Assembly (NCBI GenBank): GCA_014727975.1
Contig: WJMK01000039.1
Span: 29,237 to 93,236 of the forward strand
Source: Candidatus Micrarchaeota archaeon
Lineage (GTDB): Archaea; Micrarchaeota; Micrarchaeia; Anstonellales; Bilamarchaeaceae
Direction: 5' to 3'
DNA: 64,000 bases
Shown here: in pieces, positions 35,805 to 45,168 of the stretch
How the letters are laid out: each line of letters begins with the position of its first letter
How positions within the stretch are numbered: position 1 is the first letter of the stretch
Made by a program: the position numbers and the translations under genes
Notes under the pieces: model-generated
Database searches by the model: none
What the model saw: the letters and a program-made list of their open reading frames with translations, nothing else
Told to the model about the DNA's origin: nothing

Positions 35805-38564
35805 ATGGATTTGCGTGAAATGGAAAAAAAATGGCAGGAAACGTGGGAAGAACGGCATATTTATGAGCCAAAGGACTCGGGGGGAGAAAAAAGGTTTTAT
35901 ACTGCAGCATTCCCTTACCCCAATTCCCCGCAGCACATCGGGCACGGGAGAACATATACGCTTCTGGATATCCATGCCAGGTATGCAAGGCTTGCAGGAA
36001 AGAATGTGCTGCTGCCAATGGCATTCCATGTGACAGGAACGCCTATTCTCGCAATGGCCAAGAAAGTGAGGGAGAAAGACCCTGAGCTTCTCAGGATTTT
36101 CAGGGACATTTACGGGATTCCTGAGGGGGAGTTTGGGGAGCTAGGGGACCCGGAAAAGCTGGTCATGTATTTTTCGCGCGAGATTGAGGAGGGGATGAGG
36201 GAAATGGGCTATTCCATCGACTGGAGAAGGAAATTCTACACATTTGATGCACATTTCAACAAGTTTGTGCAGTGGCAGATGAAGAAGCTGCACCAGATGG
36301 GCTACATAAGCAAGGGCAGCCACAGGGTTGCATGGTGCCCCTCGGACAAGAACGTAGTGAGCTCACACGACACAAAGGGAGATGTGGACCCGGAAATTGA
36401 GGAAGTTACCGGAGTGAAGTTTAAGCTTGGAGAGGGAGAATTCCTTGCGGTCAGCACCTACAGGCCCGAAACGATTTATGGTGTTACGAATCTCTGGGTG
36501 AACCCGGAATCAACCCTGGTGAAGGCAGAAACAAATGAAGGGCTTGTCTATTTTGGAAAGGAGGCCTGGGAAGCTCTTTCACTGCAGCTGGAGGGGAAGG
36601 CCCTGGAGGAGATAAGCGGCAAAGAGCTTGTCGGGAAGGAAGTGGAAACTCCGCTTGGAAAAAAAGTTCCTGTGCTCCCTGCTTCATTCGTGGACCCTGG
36701 GGCAGGAACAGGGATCGTTATGAGCGTACCCGCGCATGCGCCCTATGATTATGCTGCTTTGAAAGATTTAGGGAAATTGGACCTGTTGCAGGACCAACAT
36801 TACGTGATTGGATATCAGGGGGGAGTGGTGCACAAAATGGAGGAGGAGTATAAGAGATATGGGATAGAGAACCAAAATGACCCAAAATTAGACGAAATGA
36901 CAAAGGCTGTCTATAAGAAAGAAGCCCACAAAGGAAAAATGACAATCAAATCGGGAGAATTCAGGAAAGATCTTGGCATAGAAGGGATATATGGGATGCC
37001 GGTGATGGTTGCAAAAGAAAAGGTTGCGGAAAAGCTGGTTTCTGAAGGGAATGCTTTTCGGTTTTATTTGATTGCAAATGGGCCTGTGCACTGCAGGTGC
37101 GGGGCAAAAATTACAGTAAATATGGTGCGGGACCAGTGGTTCATAGATTACGGCAACACGGAATGGAAAGAAAAGGGGAAAGAATGCCTTGCGGAAATGA
37201 AGCTAATTCCGGAGAATACGCGCAAGGATTACCTTGCAACAATAGACTGGCTCAAGCAGAAGGCATGCACCCGCTCCACAGGCCTGGGAACTCCCTTCCC
37301 ATTTGATGAAAGCAAGATTGTGGAGCCGCTTTCTGATTCCACAATATATATGGCGTTCTACACGATTGCGCATGGGCTGGAGGGAATGGGCCCTGAAGAG
37401 CTTACTGAGGAATTTTTTGATTATGTGTTTTTGGGCAGGGGGGATGCGGGAATGCACCCCAAAGCAAAAGAGCTGCGTGCAAAGTTTGAATACTGGTATC
37501 CTGTGGACGCAAGGCATTCGGGCGCGGACCTTGTGCGCAACCACCTTCCTTTTTTTGTGCTAAACCATGCAGCAATTTTCCCGGAACAGGATTGGCCAAG
37601 GGGAATAATAGTCAATGGGTTTGTGCTAATGGAAGGCAAAAAGATGAGCAAATCCCTTGGGAATATCCTCCCCCTGCGGAAAGCAATACGGGAATACGGG
37701 GCAGACGTGATTCGCTTTTCTGTGGTTGCCGGGGCAGACCTTGTACAGGACACAAACTTTGAAACAGGTGTTGCGCAAGGGGTAAAAGAAAGGGTTGAGC
37801 ACCTGCTTTCCTTGCTGGGGAGCTCGCGTGGAAACGATGAGACACGGGCCGGGAAATGGCTGCTTTCCAGGCTCAACCGCAAGCTCAGGGAAGCGCCAAT
37901 GCTTTATTCAAATATGCAGGCAAGGGAGCTGGGGCAGATGCTTTTTTACGAGAGCCTGCAGGAGCTGCAGTGGTACCTAAAGCGGGCGGAGAAGCCCGGG
38001 CTCGATAGATTCTTTGAGAAATGGTGCATTGCATTCTCACCATTTATGCCCCACCTTGCAGAAGAGATTTGGGTTTCTCTGGGGAAAGAGGGGCTTGCGG
38101 TTGAGCAGGAATTCCCTGAAGCGGATGAATCTCTGGTGGATGATGGGTTAGAAATTGGGGAGAAATTGCTTTCCGGGATTGTTTATGACGTAGAAAAAAT
38201 TTCTGAAAGGATGGGGAAAAAGCCTTCAATGATTTATGTGTACGTGGCTTCTGGCTGGAAACGCGGGATTTATGATGAGATGAAGGACAAAAAAGACCTT
38301 AGGGCAGGGATTGAGTGGGCGAAAGCGAATGGGGCAGAGATGGGAAGTGCTTCGGGCTTTGCTAAATCCCTGATGAAAAAAGTGCATTCACTGCCTCCTG
38401 TGCTGGGAGAGGAGGATGAGCTGGAGGCCTTGCAGGATGCTGCGGAGTTCCTTGCTAAGGAAACAGGTGCAGAAGTGCTTGTGCGGAAGGAGGATGACGC
38501 TTCTGGGGGGCATGAAAAGGCATCTGCGGCTGCTCCGGGCAAGCCCGCACTCATCCTTGAGTGA
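35805..38564 (+). CDS. leuS: Leucine--tRNA ligase (archaeal type)
   Basis: AFPYPNSPQHIGH, STYRPET, MSVPAHAPYD, LSDSTIYMA, KMSKS. Confidence 0.96.
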   Translation: MDLREMEKKWQETWEERHIYEPKDSGGEKRFYTAAFPYPNSPQHIGHGRTYTLLDIHARYARLAGKNVLLPMAFHVTGTPILAMAKKVREKDPELLRIFRDIYGIPEGEFGELGDPEKLVMYFSREIEEGMREMGYSIDWRRKFYTFDAHFNKFVQWQMKKLHQMGYISKGSHRVAWCPSDKNVVSSHDTKGDVDPEIEEVTGVKFKLGEGEFLAVSTYRPETIYGVTNLWVNPESTLVKAETNEGLVYFGKEAWEALSLQLEGKALEEISGKELVGKEVETPLGKKVPVLPASFVDPGAGTGIVMSVPAHAPYDYAALKDLGKLDLLQDQHYVIGYQGGVVHKMEEEYKRYGIENQNDPKLDEMTKAVYKKEAHKGKMTIKSGEFRKDLGIEGIYGMPVMVAKEKVAEKLVSEGNAFRFYLIANGPVHCRCGAKITVNMVRDQWFIDYGNTEWKEKGKECLAEMKLIPENTRKDYLATIDWLKQKACTRSTGLGTPFPFDESKIVEPLSDSTIYMAFYTIAHGLEGMGPEELTEEFFDYVFLGRGDAGMHPKAKELRAKFEYWYPVDARHSGADLVRNHLPFFVLNHAAIFPEQDWPRGIIVNGFVLMEGKKMSKSLGNILPLRKAIREYGADVIRFSVVAGADLVQDTNFETGVAQGVKERVEHLLSLLGSSRGNDETRAGKWLLSRLNRKLREAPMLYSNMQARELGQMLFYESLQELQWYLKRAEKPGLDRFFEKWCIAFSPFMPHLAEEIWVSLGKEGLAVEQEFPEADESLVDDGLEIGEKLLSGIVYDVEKISERMGKKPSMIYVYVASGWKRGIYDEMKDKKDLRAGIEWAKANGAEMGSASGFAKSLMKKVHSLPPVLGEEDELEALQDAAEFLAKETGAEVLVRKEDDASGGHEKASAAAPGKPALILE

Positions 38565-38606
38565 GATTTATGCCTGGATTGGAGGGAATTTTGAAAGTGC
38601 TGGGCT

Positions 38607-39017
38607 TCAGGCTAATCTGATTCTTCTTCCCTTGGGGAGCATATTTTCTATTTTTTTATCCCGGTAGAAACCTATTCCCAGGCTTGCGCCATTGTGCGTG
38701 AGGATTACGTATCCTGTTTCTGCAGGAATGGTGGCCTCCGTATCTTTCCCCTGAAGATAATCCAGTGCAGATTCACGGCTTAACTCTATTGTGTTCCTGG
38801 TTGCAAGATGGCCAAAAAGCTGGATAAAATTAGTGGAGGGCTTTGGGAATTTGCCTTTCATTTTTGATGCAGGAAAACCCTTGGGCGTAGTTGTTTTGAA
38901 CTTCTTTAATTCTGTGTTCATTACGCGGAGTGATTTCTCCCCTTCAAATCCCACTCCTTCGGGAAGCCTGATTCCAAAACGCTCATAGAGGTAATCCCTG
39001 AATCTTTGCTCCTGCAT
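38607..39017 (-). CDS. RsmF C-terminal/NIP7-like PUA-domain partner of an m5C methyltransferase
   Basis: YLYERFG...KPSTNFIQLFGHLATRNTIEL...YLQG...GYVIL...LGIG...NMLPK. Confidence 0.75.
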   Translation of the reverse strand: MQEQRFRDYLYERFGIRLPEGVGFEGEKSLRVMNTELKKFKTTTPKGFPASKMKGKFPKPSTNFIQLFGHLATRNTIELSRESALDYLQGKDTEATIPAETGYVILTHNGASLGIGFYRDKKIENMLPKGRRIRLA

Positions 39018-39070
39018 TGTAAGGGTGTTGGTGCAGAAAAAGTAAAAAGGGGCGCAGGAGAGGGATAGGT

Positions 39071-39793
39071 ATGGCAGAAATAAAGGAGATGCTTGGGGGA
39101 ATTGTAGTGTTTGTCCTTTTTTTGGCTATTGTATGGGCTATCTGGAGTGGTAGCTCTGAAGAGGAGGTTGTTGGAGTGGAATGCAGTTCAAACCCGGCAC
39201 AGTCAGAGATAAACCTGCCTGAGCCGGATTATTCTGGAATAAATGTGGAAGAAGCGATTAAGGGAAGAAGGTCTGTGCGGGAGTATACCAGGGAAAACAT
39301 TACCGTGGAAGAGCTCTCAATGCTGCTATGGGCAGGTCAGGGGATTACAAGCGAATGGGGAGGGCGTGCTGCGCCCTCTGCAGGTGCGCTTTACCCTATC
39401 GAGCTCTATGTTATGCCGAATAAAGTGGCGGGGGGCAGTTGCGGCATATACAGATATATCCCCGATGGGCATAAGCTTGTGCTGGTAAGGGAGGGAGACT
39501 TCAGGGAGGAGGTGGCTGCGGCTGCACTCGGCCAGGAATGGATAAAGGATGCTGCAGTTGTAATCATTATGACTTCGGTAAGGGAGCGCACTGCTGGAAA
39601 ATATGGGGATGCTGCAGATAGGTATATTGCGATGGAGGCAGGGCACATAAGCGAGAACATACTGCTTGAGGCTGTTTCGCTTGGGCTTGGGGCAGTTCCT
39701 GTTGGGGCCATTGATGGGGAAGCAATGGATGAATTGCTCGGGGCAGAAGAAGGGGAAACTGCAATCTACATAAATGCAATTGGAAGGGTCTAG
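39071..39793 (+). CDS. SagB/ThcOx-family nitroreductase with N-terminal membrane anchor
   Basis: RRSVREY, LLWAGQG, RAAPSAGALYP, MEAGHISEN. Confidence 0.92.
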   Translation: MAEIKEMLGGIVVFVLFLAIVWAIWSGSSEEEVVGVECSSNPAQSEINLPEPDYSGINVEEAIKGRRSVREYTRENITVEELSMLLWAGQGITSEWGGRAAPSAGALYPIELYVMPNKVAGGSCGIYRYIPDGHKLVLVREGDFREEVAAAALGQEWIKDAAVVIIMTSVRERTAGKYGDAADRYIAMEAGHISENILLEAVSLGLGAVPVGAIDGEAMDELLGAEEGETAIYINAIGRV

Positions 39794-40659
39794 GGTTTCC
39801 TGATTTTTGCAAGGAAGAAGCCCTCGCTGTTGAATTTGTGGGGGTAAACCCTTCTTGCTTTTTTGAATTCTTTTCCGAACTCCTGGATTCCTGGCTCGGA
39901 GTTGGGGATTTCAACTGCTTCCAGTTTTGCGTTTGGGTTCTTTTCTAGGAGCCTGGAAACAGGGCGCTCATTTTCATCCGGGGGATATGTGCAGGTAGAG
40001 TAAACTAATGTTCCTCCTGGCTCCAGGTGGGAAAATGCTGTGCGCAGGATTGCGGTCTGCAGCGCGGAGATGTTTCTTGAGTATTTTTCCTCCCACCATC
40101 CATAGGCTTTTTCGCTGCTTCCGAGCCCGGAACATGGGGCATCCACAAGGATTTTTTGGAATTTGTGCGGGGAAGTGAAGCGGGCGCCATCCTGATTCAT
40201 TGTGGATGTGTTGATTACGCCAAGGCGCTCTATGTTGTTTGCAAGTGCGCTTATCCTTCCCTTGTTTTTGTCGTTGGCAAGGATTATGCCTTTGTTTTGC
40301 ATGAGGGCTGCGCACTGTGTGGTTTTGGAGCCTGGGGCCGCGCAGATGTCCAGCACATTCTCCCCTGGTTTTGGGTTGAGGAGGTGGGGCGGAAGCATTG
40401 AGGAAAGGGACTGGGTGTGCATCCAGCCTGTTGCGTAATCTATTGTGTTCCCTAAGCCGTTTGGGGGGAGTTCTTTTACTTGGAATGCATAGGAAAGGAA
40501 AGTTTTTTCGAGCTTAAGGTTTGTCCAGTTTAGGTATTCTTCAGCAGTGGTTTTGAGAGAATTTACTCTCAGGTAATAGGGAAGGGATTGTTGGGAACTG
40601 GTGCAGGCTTCCGCATCCGTGTATTGGTTCAGCCAGTCCAGGTATTCGGGCTTTTCCAT
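39790..40659 (-). CDS. RsmB/NOP2 family RNA m5C methyltransferase
   Basis: QSLSSM, LDICAAPGSKT, LVDAPCSG, VYSTCT, EGFF. Confidence 0.95.
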   Translation of the reverse strand: MEKPEYLDWLNQYTDAEACTSSQQSLPYYLRVNSLKTTAEEYLNWTNLKLEKTFLSYAFQVKELPPNGLGNTIDYATGWMHTQSLSSMLPPHLLNPKPGENVLDICAAPGSKTTQCAALMQNKGIILANDKNKGRISALANNIERLGVINTSTMNQDGARFTSPHKFQKILVDAPCSGLGSSEKAYGWWEEKYSRNISALQTAILRTAFSHLEPGGTLVYSTCTYPPDENERPVSRLLEKNPNAKLEAVEIPNSEPGIQEFGKEFKKARRVYPHKFNSEGFFLAKIRKP

Positions 40660-40714
40660 TGGATTTCATTTGGGCGGATATGATTTAAAGAGTGGAGGGA
40701 CAAAAAATTGAACA

Positions 40715-41755
40715 ATGAAGATTAAGGGGAAGGCTGTACGCGCAAAGAAAAGTAAGGGGCAGAGAGTGAAGAATGAGCTTAAGGCGCTTGGGCTAATTGA
40801 TGAGGGGCGCATGGTTGGAAGTGATGAGGATTATGTTTATGTTCCGGTTTTGGAGAGGGTTCCGGATAAATACGAAGTGGTGGAGAAAGAGCTTGAAACA
40901 AGGGAAAAAAGGAAGGGGTTCAGGGAACTCCTCGTAGAGCGTTTCGGAGAGAAGGGAGCCAAGGGGGTTTTGTCCTCATATGATGTGGTTGGGGATATCG
41001 CGATTGTGCAGGTTCCGGAGGGGCTTCGGGCGCATGAGGCAGAAGTTGGGGAACTGTTGTTGCGCGGAGAAAAAAAAGTAAATGCAGTATGGAAAAAGGC
41101 AGGGGGAAGGGAAGGGGAATTCCGGGTTACTAAGCTTATGCACCTTGCAGGGGAGGAAAGGAGCGAAACCGAGTATGTGGAGAATGGAGTGCGGATGAAG
41201 CTGGATGTAAGGAAAGTTTATTTTTCCCCTAGGCTTAGCCATGAGAGAAAGCGCGTCCTTGGTGAGGTGAAGGAAGGGGAAAACGTGCTTGTGCTTTTTG
41301 CGGGGGTGGGCCCGTTTGCGCTGGAAATAGGAAAGGCCTGTCCTCATGCAAAGGTGGTTGGGGTAGAGCTGAATCCTGAAGCGATAAAATATTTTGAAGA
41401 GAACATTGTGCTGAATAAACTGGGGAATGTAGAGGCGGTTCTGGGGGATGCGCAGAAGGCTGCGGAGGGGGAGTTTTCAGGATGGGCAGACCGGATTGCA
41501 ATGCCGCTTCCGATGGGGGCAGAAGAGTTCCTTGGGGCTGCATTTTCTGCTGCAAAGCCAGGATGCATTGTGCATTTCTACAGGATGGTGGACAGGAAGG
41601 GAGGAGTAGAAGTGCTAAAGGAAAGGATTAGAAAAGCGGCGGAGAAAGCAGGAAGGGAAGTGGAGTTTATTTTTGAGAAGGAAGTAAGGCCTTATTCTGC
41701 GGCAACCATGCAAATTGTAATTGATTTCAGAACCAGGCAATCAGACAACCCCTAG
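40715..41755 (+). CDS. trm5: Trm5/Tyw2-family tRNA methyltransferase
   Basis: SYDVVGDIA, ENGVRMKLDVRKVYFSPRL, LFAGVGPF, ELNP, MPLP. Confidence 0.88.
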   Translation: MKIKGKAVRAKKSKGQRVKNELKALGLIDEGRMVGSDEDYVYVPVLERVPDKYEVVEKELETREKRKGFRELLVERFGEKGAKGVLSSYDVVGDIAIVQVPEGLRAHEAEVGELLLRGEKKVNAVWKKAGGREGEFRVTKLMHLAGEERSETEYVENGVRMKLDVRKVYFSPRLSHERKRVLGEVKEGENVLVLFAGVGPFALEIGKACPHAKVVGVELNPEAIKYFEENIVLNKLGNVEAVLGDAQKAAEGEFSGWADRIAMPLPMGAEEFLGAAFSAAKPGCIVHFYRMVDRKGGVEVLKERIRKAAEKAGREVEFIFEKEVRPYSAATMQIVIDFRTRQSDNP

Positions 41756-42568
41756 GAGCAGTGCTGCAATCGTGAACATGAATATCCCTGCAGTTATTGG
41801 GGGGAGCGCGGGAAGGACTGTATGGTGCTTCCAGGCAATGAAAAGGACGAACAGGGTGCCAAGAGTGGCGCCTGCAAGCGCAAAAAGAGAGAGAAGGGGG
41901 CTGATAGTGTAGGCAGCAACTTCAACCATTATGGGAAGGGAAAGGTCACCTGTGCCTAAATCCAGGCGGGATTTCTTCCCCTTTGGTAGTGTTTTTTCAG
42001 CGGAGATGGTAAATGCCATGTCCCTCTGGACTATCTCGTTTGCCATTGTAACCATGTGCTTGGTTTTGAACACTGAGATATAGTCATAAATTGCCAGGAA
42101 GAAAAGGAAAACAAGCGAGGTTGTAAAACCAAAGGTAAAGCCAAAAACTGCTCCGGCACCTGCACTGGATATGATGGCTGCGATATTTTTGAGGCGGTGG
42201 TGGAAGAGCTGCTTGAGGACAGAAAAAATCATTGCGATCAGTATGGCAACTACCATGGACTCAAGAGTGGCATGGAACAGGGGCTTAATCAGGGAATAGA
42301 AAAAAACTGAAGAGGTTGCTGAAATTACTGCAAGCTCAAGAAGGGTGAATAAAAGGGAGATATGGAGCCGGTGCAGGATTATGAATAAAAGAGCGCCGAA
42401 AAGGACTGCAAAAATGAAATATAGCAGGGAGGGGGCTCCGGTTTCCACTGTCATTAGGCTGCTTATATATTCATTTGAGCGTGCGTCTTCAATAATATAT
42501 GATCCGGCATACATTCCCATAAATTGGGTTGCCAGGAACATTATGAGCAGAGTAAAGTAAAGGCGCAT
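41741..42568 (-). CDS. Presenilin-like intramembrane aspartyl protease
   Basis: YD (IYDYISVFKTKHMV), LGTGD and LPALP motifs. Confidence 0.92.
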   Translation of the reverse strand: MRLYFTLLIMFLATQFMGMYAGSYIIEDARSNEYISSLMTVETGAPSLLYFIFAVLFGALLFIILHRLHISLLFTLLELAVISATSSVFFYSLIKPLFHATLESMVVAILIAMIFSVLKQLFHHRLKNIAAIISSAGAGAVFGFTFGFTTSLVFLFFLAIYDYISVFKTKHMVTMANEIVQRDMAFTISAEKTLPKGKKSRLDLGTGDLSLPIMVEVAAYTISPLLSLFALAGATLGTLFVLFIAWKHHTVLPALPPITAGIFMFTIAALLLGVV

Positions 42569-42601
42569 CAGGAGAGATATGGAAAGGAGAAAATAAAAAG
42601 G

Positions 42602-44653
42602 CTACTTGTTTCCCACAAGGGCAATCCATCCCGGCTCCTTTTCATAGACTTCCCCCTTGCGCATCAGCTCAGTAAGGACGCGCTTTGCGGTTGCAGCATC
42701 AAGGCCTGCTGATTCTGCCTCATCAAGGACTTCCTGCCTGGGAACGGCTTCCTGCTCGCGGGTTTTTTCCCTGAGTATGTCCAGGAGCGTTTCTATTTTT
42801 TCTACCTGGGAGCGTGCCTTTCCGGTAGTTATTATGTCGACATCGAATCTTCCTGTTTCCTGGTCCGTGAGCACTTTCTTGAGAACATAGTCCAGCAGCC
42901 CCACAGAGACTTCAGCATCAACAAGCTCAACTGTTTCGGAAAGTCGCATTTTTGCGTGTGCCTCTGAAAGGCGCACAAGGCCTTCCAGGTAACGGGGAGT
43001 TATGGGCACTGAGCCGCTGGATTTCCCGCGCCTCCTCAAGTCAAGATAGAATTCCTTTATGCGGTCTTTTGCAGAATCGGTCAGTACAGGGCGGACATAC
43101 CTGCGCGCATATGCAATATACTTTCTCAGGATATCTCTGTCCATTACCTTTTCATCTTCACCGATAATCATTCCTTTTGCGGCACCTATGTGGGAAGAAA
43201 GGATATGCTCCGCAAGGCTGAGGTCCTTTTCCTCATCAAGCACATCCAGGATAGGAAATAGCAGGTCAAAACGTGAAAGGAGCGAGGGAGGGACATCGAA
43301 CTGGTCTGCGAGGTTTTTGGTCTGGTTAAATCTTCCGTGCTTTGGGTTGGCTGCTGCAACTATTGCAGTTTTTGCTCGGAATTTTGCAACAATGCCTGCC
43401 TTCGCTATTGAAACCGTTTGTGATTCCATCACTTCATGGAGGGAGGCACGGTCTTCATCATCAATCTTGTCAAATTCATCTATTGCGCCTACTCCTCCGG
43501 ATGCGAGAACAAGGGCTCCGGCCTTGAGGGTCCATCCGCCATCTCCAAGCTCGTCCTTCTCTGCAGAAGCAGTAAGGCCGACACCTGAAACGCTTTTCCC
43601 GCTTACATACATGGACTTGGGGGCTAATGCTGCTGCAGAGTTCAAAAATCTCGTCTTGGCTATTCCAGGGTCTCCGATAAGCAGGATATGGATGTCGTCC
43701 CTTACTGCAGCATCCCCACGCATCATTTTTCCTTTTGTGCCCCCAAAAAGCTGGAGGGCGAGTGCTTTCTTTACTTCTTTATAGCCGTAAATTGCGGGTG
43801 CGATTGAGGCAAAAATGCGCTCGGTTATGTCTTTTTGCCTGGACATCTCCTTTATGCGCTGGACGTCTTCTTTTGTGAGGGTTATTTCCTCGAAATCGCG
43901 CTTGAGGCTCTCCACATGGAGGACCTCCACATAGCGGTTGAAAACGAGCTCTGTTTTCTGTCTTGTATTCTGGGAAGGCTTAATTCGCATTATACCTGTA
44001 ACCTGGATATTCTCCCCGGGTGTGATATGGTTTACAAGGTCGTCTTCTATCCAGAGTTCCATTTTTGCTGCAGGGGCGCCCCCGGAGACCTTTTCAAGAA
44101 GGTCCTGCACCTCTGCTTTCTGCATGTCCGTAAATTCGGATTTTTCCTCATTTGGAACAAGGGCAAGCTTCTTGCAGGCGGTGCACATCCTTGGGGGCTT
44201 GAAATTCCGAGTTACCAGGACATTGTACTGCTCTCCGCAGGCCTGGCAGGTGTAATGTGCTTTTTTCACTTTGTGCATTACATCCGTGCGCTTTGTTACT
44301 ATCCCTTTGAAGCAAACAAGCTCGTTCAGCCTTTTTGAGCTCAGCTTCTCAATCATTACCTCTGCATTGGGGGCGTTGTAGAAGCGCACATGGGGGCGGA
44401 AGTCCCCAACTCCCGGTGGAAGGCTGAGCTTCATCTGCTGAATTGCTTCTTCCGCTGCCTCTGTTACCACTTCAGGCTCGGAAAGAAGCTGGTCAGCAAC
44501 AGTTGTGTCGAACTTGTCCAGGTCCTGGAAATCCACATTTATGCTGCGGACCGTGGGGTAAGAAGCGAGCACAATATTTATTTTGTCTTTATAGATGCTG
44601 GTGAAGAAGTCTTCGAACACAGACACTAGAGAAGTAAGATCCTGCTCACCCAT
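42602..44653 (-). CDS. mcm: MCM replicative helicase
   Basis: Zn finger CQACG...CTACK, LIGDPGIAKT, IDEFDK, AAANP, LLSRFDL, ITPRYLEG. Confidence 0.97.
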   Translation of the reverse strand: MGEQDLTSLVSVFEDFFTSIYKDKINIVLASYPTVRSINVDFQDLDKFDTTVADQLLSEPEVVTEAAEEAIQQMKLSLPPGVGDFRPHVRFYNAPNAEVMIEKLSSKRLNELVCFKGIVTKRTDVMHKVKKAHYTCQACGEQYNVLVTRNFKPPRMCTACKKLALVPNEEKSEFTDMQKAEVQDLLEKVSGGAPAAKMELWIEDDLVNHITPGENIQVTGIMRIKPSQNTRQKTELVFNRYVEVLHVESLKRDFEEITLTKEDVQRIKEMSRQKDITERIFASIAPAIYGYKEVKKALALQLFGGTKGKMMRGDAAVRDDIHILLIGDPGIAKTRFLNSAAALAPKSMYVSGKSVSGVGLTASAEKDELGDGGWTLKAGALVLASGGVGAIDEFDKIDDEDRASLHEVMESQTVSIAKAGIVAKFRAKTAIVAAANPKHGRFNQTKNLADQFDVPPSLLSRFDLLFPILDVLDEEKDLSLAEHILSSHIGAAKGMIIGEDEKVMDRDILRKYIAYARRYVRPVLTDSAKDRIKEFYLDLRRRGKSSGSVPITPRYLEGLVRLSEAHAKMRLSETVELVDAEVSVGLLDYVLKKVLTDQETGRFDVDIITTGKARSQVEKIETLLDILREKTREQEAVPRQEVLDEAESAGLDAATAKRVLTELMRKGEVYEKEPGWIALVGNK

Positions 44654-44700
44654 AGGATTTGATATATGTATGCGGAGGGATTAATAAAGGTTTTTGGAGT

Positions 44701-44800
44701 GGCTTTCCGGTGGGCAGGCGCCTGAAGGGCGGCAATTTCTGCTCACCAGGGAGACGGCAGGTTTCCGGTGATGGGGGTGTGTGGGGTTGCACCGGAAGCC
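44701..44800 (+). other. Structured/repeated intergenic element upstream of mcm (candidate ncRNA or origin-like element)
   Basis: TTTCCGGTG at 44704 and 44762, inverted CACCGGAA at 44790; two 10-11 bp stems with G-U pairs on the + strand. Confidence 0.4.
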
Positions 44801-44883
44801 TCGCATAGGCAGGTTTAATAATAGATATTGTCTTAAATTAGCCAGCCGGGTGCAATCCCGGACTAAAAAATAGGTGAATAAAT

Positions 44884-45033
44884 ATGGATGAAGAAGGCGG
44901 AAGGCCTGAAAGGGAAATGCACGAAGCAGTGTGCTCCAAGTGTGGGAAGCCCTGCAAGGTGCCGTTCAAGCCTACCGAAGGCAGGCCCGTGTACTGCAGG
45001 GACTGCTACAGGCCAAGGAGACCTAGGTTCTAG
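44884..45033 (+). CDS. CxxC-x17-CxxC zinc-ribbon small protein (49 aa, below the ORF-track cutoff)
   Basis: MDEEGGRPEREMHEAVCSKCGKPCKVPFKPTEGRPVYCRDCYRPRRPRF; AGGTGA RBS; TATA-like at 44814; T-rich tract after the stop. Confidence 0.93.
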   Translation: MDEEGGRPEREMHEAVCSKCGKPCKVPFKPTEGRPVYCRDCYRPRRPRF

Positions 45034-45075
45034 AGAGAATTCTAATTAGTTAGAGTGTTTCTGGATTTAGATTCT

Positions 45076-45112
45076 TGCTTTATTTTCTTTTGATTTTTTT
45101 GTTGTTTTTTCG
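45076..45112 (+). terminator. Oligo-T archaeal terminator after the small Zn-ribbon gene
   Basis: Multiple T-runs downstream of the stop at 45033. Confidence 0.55.
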
Positions 45113-45168
45113 GGTTAAGTTTGGGAAATTGATTAATTTTAAAAGGATTAAGCGGCAAAAACAATGCA

